A stretch of DNA of 50,006 bases, from positions 1 to 50,006 of the forward strand of contig CAYVSW010000001.1 in NCBI GenBank assembly GCA_964454285.1. Direction: 5' to 3'. Positions within the stretch are counted from its first letter, which is position 1, and the number at the start of each line of letters is the position of its first letter. The translations under genes and the position numbers were made by a program. This DNA comes from an uncultured Candidatus Saccharibacteria bacterium (GTDB lineage: Bacteria; Patescibacteriota; Minisyncoccia; Phycocordibacterales; UBA9973). The notes under the pieces are model-generated. The model ran no database searches and was not told the DNA's origin. It was given only the letters and a program-made list of their open reading frames with translations. Shown here piece after piece: positions 8,106 through 17,100 of the stretch.

Positions 8106-8786
8106 ATGATTACATTTACAAATGTTGCAAAAGCATATCCCAATGGCTCTGTCGCACTCCAGCATATAAATCTGGAAATTGAAAAAGGAGAGTTTGTCAC
8201 TATTATTGGCCCCTCTGGTGCTGGCAAGACTACGCTCACCAAACTCCTTCTTTGCGAGGAGGTCCCTAGTGAGGGCTCTGTCCTTTTTGAAGGTAAAGAT
8301 TTGAATACCTGCTCAGTGCACGAGATCACTGATTTGCGCCGCCGCGTGGGGACAATCTTTCAGGACTTCAGACTCCTTCGCGACAAGACCGCATACGAAA
8401 ACATCGCATTTGCAATGGAGGCAGCTGGCAAGAGCGACGAGGAGATCGTGACCGATGTACCGCACGTACTTCAGCTCGTAGGGCTCGAGGACAGAATGTT
8501 CCATTTCCCGACGCAGCTCTCTGGTGGCGAGAAGCAGCGCCTTGCTATCGCGCGCGCTATCATCAACCAGCCAGAGGTGCTCATTGCAGATGAGCCTACA
8601 GGCAATTTGGATAGTGCAAATACTGCAGAGGTAGTAGAGATTTTAAAAAAAATAAATGAGCTCGGCACGACTGTAATCCTCGCAACCCACGACGAGCATC
8701 TGATAAAGGCTGTGGGCAAGCGCATTATCACCATGGAAAAAGGCCGTATTATAAAAGATGAACAAAAACGCGCACATAAGGTATAA
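8106..8786 (+). CDS. ftsE: Cell-division ABC transporter ATP-binding protein FtsE
   Basis: Walker A GPSGAGKTT, signature LSGGEKQRLAIARA, Walker B LIADEPTGNLD. Directly followed by ftsX. Confidence 0.9.
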   Translation: MITFTNVAKAYPNGSVALQHINLEIEKGEFVTIIGPSGAGKTTLTKLLLCEEVPSEGSVLFEGKDLNTCSVHEITDLRRRVGTIFQDFRLLRDKTAYENIAFAMEAAGKSDEEIVTDVPHVLQLVGLEDRMFHFPTQLSGGEKQRLAIARAIINQPEVLIADEPTGNLDSANTAEVVEILKKINELGTTVILATHDEHLIKAVGKRIITMEKGRIIKDEQKRAHKV

Positions 8787-8795
8787 TATAGATAT

Positions 8796-9719
8796 ATGTT
8801 TTGGACCACGATACAAAGAGCAATACGAGCAGGGTGGATGTCATTTAAAAGAAATGGCGTGGTTTCTTCGGCTGCAGTACTTGCGACCACGATCACACTG
8901 TGTGTGATCACAGGACTATTTCTTTTTCATGCAGTACTCGGTACGACCCTTGCGACACTCAAGCAAAAGGTAGACATATCGGTGTACTTTAGTGTCTCGG
9001 CCCCAGAAGAGAAAATTTTGAAATTACAATCGACACTCCAAAAGCTCCCTGATGTAAAGAATGTCTCATATATCTCTGCGGACGACCAGGTAAAGCAATT
9101 TCGTACCCGCAATGCCGGCGACTATCTTACTATCCAGGCGCTCGACGAGCTCAATCAGAATCCGTTTGGTGGATATATTTTAGTCAAGGCTAGCGATACT
9201 ACGCGCTATGATAGTATTGTTGCTGTGCTCGAAGGCGACAGTAAAACTGCTTCGCAATATAGCGACATCATAGACCGGGTAAACTACAGCCAAAACAAAG
9301 AGATTATAAATCGTATTAATCGTATCAGTACCTCTGCAAACAATCTCGGCCTTACTATTATTTTTGTATTTGCAGCTATTTCTATACTTATCATGTTTAC
9401 CACTATCCGCCTTGCGATATACCTCTGGCGCGACGAGATTGGCATTATGCGCCTCGTAGGGGCAAGTACTGGCTATGCACGAGCGCCATTCCTGGTGACT
9501 GGCATGCTCTACGGCTTTGTCTCATGGCTCCTGATGCTCGGTATTATCATGCCTACTACGTACTTCCTCGGCCTCCGGGCGACCTCTCTCATCGGGATCA
9601 ACCTTTTCAGCTACTTTATGGGCAATTTCTTCTCGCTCGCTTTTGTGGTGCTCATCATCGGCCTCGCCCTCGGCACTATTTCGAGTGCACTTGCAATTCG
9701 CAAGTATTTGAAGGTATAA
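8796..9719 (+). CDS. ftsX: Cell-division permease-like protein FtsX
   Basis: N-terminus ...IRAGWMSFKRNG, a TM helix, a large extracytoplasmic loop, then 3 C-terminal TM helices. Adjacent to ftsE. Confidence 0.88.
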   Translation: MFWTTIQRAIRAGWMSFKRNGVVSSAAVLATTITLCVITGLFLFHAVLGTTLATLKQKVDISVYFSVSAPEEKILKLQSTLQKLPDVKNVSYISADDQVKQFRTRNAGDYLTIQALDELNQNPFGGYILVKASDTTRYDSIVAVLEGDSKTASQYSDIIDRVNYSQNKEIINRINRISTSANNLGLTIIFVFAAISILIMFTTIRLAIYLWRDEIGIMRLVGASTGYARAPFLVTGMLYGFVSWLLMLGIIMPTTYFLGLRATSLIGINLFSYFMGNFFSLAFVVLIIGLALGTISSALAIRKYLKV

Positions 9720-9739
9720 CATTTTTTAAAAAAACTATT

Positions 9740-9767
9740 TTGACAAGTATTATTTTTGTGCTATATT
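9740..9767 (+). promoter_or_regulatory. Sigma70-like promoter (TTGACA-16-TGcTATATT)
   Basis: ttgaca at 9740-9745, tgctatatt at 9759-9767. Confidence 0.55.
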
Positions 9768-9782
9768 AGCAAAAAAAATAAC

Positions 9783-10184
9783 ATGAATATAGAAACCACT
9801 GTTGCTCACATAGAGAACGGAACATTACCGTGGGAAGAATGGAATCATTACAACCACCTGCTTTTAGCACTGTATTATATTTTTACAGAAGAAGATGAAT
9901 TTGTAGCTCTTACAAAAACACGCTGTGCACTTACGCGTTATGGAACCTTGGCAAACAAAGAGTATGTATGCCCGCTTCGATATCACGAAACAATGACAGT
10001 GTTCTGGTGTTTTGAAATTAAAAAATTTATTTCAAAACACCAAGGTAAAACTCTTGATCAAATAGAGGAGCTTTTATCAAAAAGTGAGTTATTAGAAAAG
10101 GGGTACATCAATAAATTTTATTCTACAGAAGTTCTGATTTCTTCAAAAGCAAAAGCGATATATATCGCCCCACAAGTTATCTAA
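9783..10184 (+). CDS. Hypothetical protein
   Basis: ORF with ATG 9783 downstream of the promoter (the track TTG 9756 lies inside the promoter). AT-rich, no family recognised. Confidence 0.5.
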   Translation: MNIETTVAHIENGTLPWEEWNHYNHLLLALYYIFTEEDEFVALTKTRCALTRYGTLANKEYVCPLRYHETMTVFWCFEIKKFISKHQGKTLDQIEELLSKSELLEKGYINKFYSTEVLISSKAKAIYIAPQVI

Positions 10185-10188
10185 TTAT

Positions 10189-10213
10189 AAAAGCCTTGAA
10201 TTCCAAGGCTTTT
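10189..10213 (+). terminator. Rho-independent terminator
   Basis: aaaagccttg-aattc-caaggctttt followed by a T run. Confidence 0.7.
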
Positions 10214-10221
10214 ATTTATTA

Positions 10222-10249
10222 TTGACAAAATACTATAATTGTTTATAAT
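10222..10249 (+). promoter_or_regulatory. Sigma70-like promoter (TTGACA-16-TATAAT)
   Basis: ttgaca at 10222-10227, tataat at 10244-10249, 11 nt before ATG 10261. Confidence 0.55.
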
Positions 10250-10260
10250 ACTAAAAAATA

Positions 10261-10773
10261 ATGTATATGAAAAAAGCTATTGTTGCTGGAAATCATTTGA
10301 TTACAGAAGTAGGTATTGTCTTTGAAGAAAAACCATTAAGCTATAGTAAAAATCTTTTAGATGAAAATGCTGACCTTATTATTTCTTTTGATCAAATCAA
10401 TGTGAAGACATTAGATGTTGTCGATAGTTATAAAAGTTTGCCACTTGTTGCAATTGACAATTTTTTTCGAAAAGAAGAATTACCCGAGTTTCCAATAAGG
10501 ACAAGATTAATTTTTGAAAATTCGTTAAGAAATTATTCAAGAGCTGTTTTAAAAAATAACAAACCTTCTGCCCTTACAAAGAATATGTTTAATGATCATG
10601 AAGATCATATTAAATGCTCTTGTGTGGCGATCATTATCTCACTTGTTGAGATTTTATTTAAAAGGTATGACGAAGTTATTTTAATTGCAGACAAAGAAAG
10701 TAAAAGGTTACGACAAAGTGATTTGCTCAAGGTAAAAATGGTAATCCCAGAACTACAAATAGTCTGGGTATAA
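10261..10773 (+). CDS. Hypothetical protein
   Basis: 170-aa AT-rich ORF (alternative ATG 10267). No family recognised. Confidence 0.5.
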   Translation: MYMKKAIVAGNHLITEVGIVFEEKPLSYSKNLLDENADLIISFDQINVKTLDVVDSYKSLPLVAIDNFFRKEELPEFPIRTRLIFENSLRNYSRAVLKNNKPSALTKNMFNDHEDHIKCSCVAIIISLVEILFKRYDEVILIADKESKRLRQSDLLKVKMVIPELQIVWV

Positions 10774-10829
10774 GATATGGGTTGCTCAGTATAGTATATA
10801 TAGAGCAACCTATTTTTTTTGCCAAATAA

Positions 10830-10858
10830 TTGAAAAAAAGAGAGTTTTGCGCTATAGT
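10830..10858 (+). promoter_or_regulatory. Promoter of tRNA-Gln copy 1 (TTGAAA-17-TATAGT)
   Basis: ttgaaa at 10830-10835, tatagt at 10853-10858, 14 nt before the tRNA. Confidence 0.5.
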
Positions 10859-10872
10859 GGTACGGTAATTAT

Positions 10873-10946
10873 TGGGGTGTCGTCTAATGGTAGGACAACG
10901 GTTTCTGGTACCGTTTATTGAGGTTCGAGTCCTTGCACCCCAGCCA
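10873..10946 (+). tRNA. tRNA-Gln (CUG), copy 1, CCA encoded
   Basis: Acceptor TGGGGTG/CACCCCA, anticodon stem ACGGT/ACCGT with loop TTCTGGT, T loop TTCGAGT, 3' GCCA. Confidence 0.9.
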
Positions 10947-11037
10947 ACACGAGCTAGCACGAGACGCGTCATAAAAACGCCCGCAAGACTACTTCTTAGT
11001 AAAACTATACTTATATTTCATACCTGCTGAGAGTAGT

Positions 11038-11087
11038 AATGAAATAACAAAAAGTACCTAGAAATGGGTACTTTTTGTTATTTCATT
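11038..11087. repeat. Perfect 21-bp inverted repeat (hairpin, 8-nt loop) at the island edge
   Basis: aatgaaataacaaaaagtacc-tagaaatg-ggtactttttgttatttcatt. Confidence 0.85.
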
Positions 11088-11168
11088 AAAGTGCGATATC
11101 ATTAAATTAGAAATCGTTGTTGTGTTGTGGGTCTTACTTTTTTATTAAGATTATTTTTTATATTATAT

Positions 11169-14100
11169 ATGCCTAAGAAAGCAGTTACTTTTTTAAAATC
11201 ATTTGCTAGTGTACTCACAATTTTCAGTCTTTTATTAACTCCTGTAAGTCTTGCGTTTGCGCAAGAAGTACCAAAAATTGAAGTTATTTCTTCTGAAGAA
11301 CTTCAAACAGATATATCAACCCCTATATTTGATACAGGAAATACAGTTGATATAACAGCAGAAACACTGACTGATGAAATAAAAACTCTTTCAGATCCAA
11401 ATAAATATGACAATGATTATTTAGATAAAGCATATCTTGATCCTAATAGTCCCTTTTATGATCCAGAACATAAAGAACCCGAGGATATTACCCAAAGTAA
11501 TGACGACACAACAAAAGATTCTGATAAACAAATAGCTTCAAGAAGTGCCACTGTTAGTCAGAATACTTTAATTTTAAACAGCAATACACAACGCGACACT
11601 ATTCGCCCAGAAATTGATCAAACTACTGGTGCGCTTGTATATAACTATCCTATAGAGACACCTGACGGTATTAATGGTTTAAACCCAAAATTAAGACTCA
11701 TTTACAATTCTCAGAATACAAAAAATGATTCTGTATATGGATATGGATGGTCAAGTAATATTCCTTATATTGAACGAATAAATAAGCATGGTACAGATCA
11801 GCTTTATACAGGAACTTATGACGATTATGTATCGTCAACTTTTGGTGAGCTTGTAAAAAACACCAGTACTCAGTATGTTCCAAAGTCAGCATCAGATATT
11901 GTTAACTTTTCTTTTAATAGTAATGTTTGGACATATACTGATAAACAAGGAACTGTTTATACTTATGGTGGGACATCGGCTTCTCGCCAAGATGATCCAG
12001 GAAACTCATCACACATTTCTAAGTGGATGTTGAGTTCAATAACTGACTCAGATGGGAATAGTATTACCTATACCTATTTGAAGGATCAGGGTCAGATATA
12101 TCCACAAATAATTAATTATGGAATCTATGAACTTGGTTTTAATCTCCAAGCACGTACTGATGTTACTGATAGTTATGCAAAAGGATTTTTAGTAAATACA
12201 AGATTTGTTCTTGGTGGAATTTCTTTGCGTAAGGTAACAAGTCCAACTTCTGCACCAACTACACAAGCGAACATGCTAGTTGTTGGAGGAGGCGGTGGTG
12301 GAGGAGCTGGAGGATCTAATAGAGGGCATTATGGAGGAGGGGGTGCAGGTGGATATAAAGCGTTTACTAATCAAGTGATTGTTCCTGCAACAGCATATCC
12401 AATTGTAATTGGCGATGGTGGTAATGGAAATTATAATGGACAGGGATCAAATGGAGGTAATACAACATTTAATAATATTACTGCAACAGGCGGTGGTGGT
12501 GGAGCGACTTATAATTCAAATGGTAGTAATGGTGGATCTGGCGGCGGCGGAGGTTCAGGTATTGGAGGAAACGCAAATCTGTATGAAGGTAATGATGGTG
12601 GAGCAGGTGCTACATATGCAGGTGGTGGCGGCGGAGGTAGTGGTTCTACGGGTAGTAGTGGTAGTGGTTCTGGTGGAACAGGTGGTACTGGTACGCTAAA
12701 TTCAATAAATGGATCTTCTGTTTATTACGCAGCAGGTGGCGGCGGCGGAGCACGAACTGGCGGCGGTGGAACGGGAGGTACTGGCGGTGGTGGAAATGGT
12801 GGATCTACTGGCCCCGGAGGATCTGCTACAGGGTATGGATCAGGTGGAGGTGGTGCTGGTTGGTATAATTATTCTGGTGGAAATGGTAGTTCTGGAATTG
12901 TGATTATTTCATATAAGACAGATGGTAGTGATGGAATTGATTCTTCATTATCTACAGGTGGAACAAAAACTACTTCTGGTTCTTATACTATTCATACATT
13001 CACAAGTAATGGCACATTAAATCTTATCCCAATTGCTCCAAGTGGATCAACCCTTCTTAAAAATTATGCAATTACATATACAACAGGACATAATGGTGTA
13101 CGAGCAGTACTTTCTTCAATTACTCCAAGTGCATATGATATAAATAATACCCTTACTACATTACCTTCGACTTCATTTACATATAACAAAGCGTCTTCAG
13201 GTGTTGCAACATATAGTTCAAGTCCTTCAATTTCTGGAATGTTCCCGGGAACTATAAATAACGGAGTTGTTCTTGGTGATGTAAATGGAGATGCCTATAC
13301 CGATATTATCAAATCATATGATTACTATGGGTATAGTAATGTAGGAAATTTTACTGATCACGCAGTTTATACGTTCAACCCAGTAACAGATACCTATAGT
13401 ACAAGTTCTTATACTATACCTACTGATATAATTAATTTTATACAAAATGCAGGTTCAAAATATGATGGCGGAACTCGAGTAGTTGATCTCGATGGTAATA
13501 TGGCTCCAGACCTTGTCAGAACTCCATATTACAATCCAACCAATAGTACTGCTTCCGCTGAACAGCATAATGGAACGGGATGGACTCATTTAACAAGTGG
13601 TTCTCCTTCGTATTATCCACCATATGCATCAAACCCGTTTTATACAGTATTCTCTGGTGATTTCAATGGCGATGGATTAACTGATTACATGCAGGATGTA
13701 CAAGCATGGCCGGCCACAACACCAACTACAAGTCTGTCGGTTAACAACGGTTCTTCCTTTACTACAAGTGGATCTACGTTCACAGGAACACATACATTTA
13801 ATACAGGAGATGATAGATGGTTAATGTTTGATCTTAATGGAGACGGCTTGGATGATTTAATAAAAGCTGATACTACAATACCGTGTAGCGGAACTACAAC
13901 ATATGATCAGCAAGTATATATAAACAACGGAACAACATGGGTGCGTGATTATTCTTACCAACTTCCGCAGTACTTTACAATTTACAATATCGGTTGTTAT
14001 TCGTCGTCTCGATTACCAATAGAAATTGGTGACTTCAATGGTGATGGTCTAACTGATATTATGGATATCAACGCTCAAAGTCTCTATATCAATCAAGGTA

Positions 14101-17100
14101 AGAGTTTTAGTGTTATTGGAAACCCAGGAGTAGGATTTTATAACTCTATGGCCGGCGCGTCAGCTGCTTGTACTAATTGCTCAAACCCATATCTAATTTA
14201 CGATATTAATGCGGATGGTTCACCAGATATTATCAATAATACTGGAACTTGGATGTGGGATAACACCATAACAACACCGACTGATTTAATGTCAGCTATT
14301 ACTCTTCCAGCAGGAGGTTTAATGGCTGTGACATATCAATCAAGCCCTAAATATGAAGATGGTAGTGGAAACTCATTAAACCCAACCAATCCAGTATTTT
14401 TGCAGACAGTAAAGAGTATTGCGACAACCGATCCTGTTACAAGTACAACTACTACAACAAATTACGAATATGCAGGCGGATCATATTATTACAATACGCC
14501 ATTTGATAGAAAATTTGCTGGCTTTGAAAAAGTTACAGAAATACGTCCTGATAGTACAAAGGTTGTTAATTACCATCTCCAAGGAAATGGTACAAACAGT
14601 TCATATTATGAGTACTCAGATAATGTTGGAAAGATCGGGTATGTCTATAGAACAGATGTGCTTGATACTAGTAATGCATTAGTTTCTCGTACAACAACCA
14701 AATACGATTCAGCTAATCCTGTGACAGGCGCATACTTTGTATACCCAACACAAACAGTCAGTGAAAATAGTGGGGTCAATACTGCGAAAACATACAGCTA
14801 CAACATCACAACAGGCACACTCACAAGCGCCGTCGATTATGGAATTGTCACTGTTACCGATCCACTCACATTTACTGACACAGGCACAGACAAAAAAACA
14901 ACCAACTATACCTATGCAACCAATGGAACTATCTATAAAGTTTCAAACCAGACAACACTTGATCAATCAAGCGCAAAGGTAAATGAGACTAATCTATACT
15001 ACGACAATCAAACGCTTGGTACTGTTATAAAAGGAAATAATACTAAAACAGAGCAATGGAAGGTTGGTACTACGTATGTAAACACTCAAAAGTCATACAG
15101 TACATATGGTAATGTCCTTACTGCAACAGACGAGCGAGGAAAAGTAACTGCTTACGCATATGATAGTTATAACCTCTATCCTATAACCGTTACCGACCCA
15201 TTAACTCGAACAACTCAGTACGCCTATGACTACAACACAGGAAAGCCAACACAGATAACTGATCAAAATGGTTATATCTACCAAACATCATATGATGGTT
15301 TTGGACGAGTACTTGAGCAAAAAGTTCCTGACCTTGCGACTCCATCTACTCTCGTAACAAAGACAACATACAGCTACACTAATACCCCAAACAATGTTTC
15401 AACCTACAAGACTGATTATCTTGATGGATCAACTACAATTGATAGCTATCAGTACTTTGATAGTCTCGGAAGACTAATTCAAGATCGTAGTGAAGCCGAA
15501 GTTTCTGGTACCTTTAATGTTAAGGATGTTACTTACAACAATGTTGGACTACTACAAAGTGAATCAATACGATACACAGGAAGTGGATCTGCTCGTACAG
15601 CCCCAACAACAAATACAACACTCTATAACACCTATACCTATGATCAGCTCAATCGAATACTGACAAGTGTAAATGCTCTCGGTACAACGAGTTATGTCTA
15701 TACAGGACTCAAAACTGCGATTACTGATGCAAATGGAAAAGTGAAGAATTACTACAACGATGCCTATGGCAATTTGGTAAAGGTAGAAGAAATCAATGCT
15801 GGTTCAACATACACCACAACATATACATGGAATCTCAATAATAAACTTACCAACATCACCGATGCACTCGCTAATGTTCGAAACTTCACTTATGACGGTC
15901 TTGGACGAAGACTCACTGCACAAGATCTTCATGCCTCAGCTGATACAACATTTGGTACTTGGACATATACGTATGATGATGCAGGAAATCTCACCCAGAC
16001 GCTTGATCCAAAGAGTCAAACGGTTAACTACACCTACGACGACCTCAATCGAGTGCTTACTGAAGACTACACAGGGCAAGCCGGTATTGAAGTTACCTAC
16101 ACCTACGATGTTGGAACGGGTAATCTTGGAAAGCTCACGAGTGTTGTAAATCCTGCAAGTACGAGAGCGTACATCTATAACTCAAACGGTGGTTTGAAAC
16201 AAGAAACAGATACACTCAATTCGGTAAATTACGTAACAACATACGATTACGATCGACAAGGTAACCAAGTTACTATTACCAATCCAGATAACTCACAAGT
16301 AAAGTACACCTACAATACTGCTGGACTGCTTGAACAAGTACAAAGAAAAGAATCAACTGATGGATCGTTCATCAACGTCATTACAAATTTTGACTATAAC
16401 CCTGATGGAAAGATTGTCACAACAACAAATGCGAACAGCACAACTACAACAAATACCTATGATGCGACCAAGCTATATCGATTAACTCACAAAGTCACTA
16501 CAGGTCCAGGTGCAGGTGGTACTCCAACAACAGTATCATTCTTCCCACAAGCAGGAGACGGTATGGTCACTTCAAATGCGTCAGCAACATGGGCAACCAT
16601 ACATGATGGCACTACAGGATCTGCTGCTGCCGCTACAGCGACAACATTTAATGTTGACTCAGGTAAATCATCTTCAACAAACTACAAGATTGAGCGTGGG
16701 TTCCTTGCATTCGATACTTCTTCACTTCCAGACAATGCAGTGATTAGTAGTGCAAAACTAAAACTTATCCCTAACTCAAAATTAAATAATGATAACGATG
16801 GAGATGATTGGATAACGGTAACTCAAGGTACCCAAGCAAGCCCTACAACACTCGGAACTGCTGATTACAACAAAGCAGGTCTAGCAACACTTCCTGTAGA
16901 AGGCATCTACAATACAGAGCGAAAAGATATCACTAACATAACTACAGGATTGTATCTTGCATTCAATTTGAACCCAACAGGTAAAACATGGATCTCTACG
17001 ACAGGGTCAACGTTACTTGGTCTTCGTGAAGGACACGATGCTATTAACAGTGCATTTACCGGTACTTCTGGTCAGTATGATCAAGTGATATTTAGATCAG

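Noticed and set aside
12409-12903. Plus-strand ORFs 12409-12699 and 12709-12903, plus other alternate-frame ORFs at 14419-17676 inside the rhs gene
   Set aside because: These are alternate frames of the glycine-rich and YD-repeat coding sequence. Their products (V/M/E/Q-rich) have no plausibility, and the main frame is continuous for 2,520 codons.
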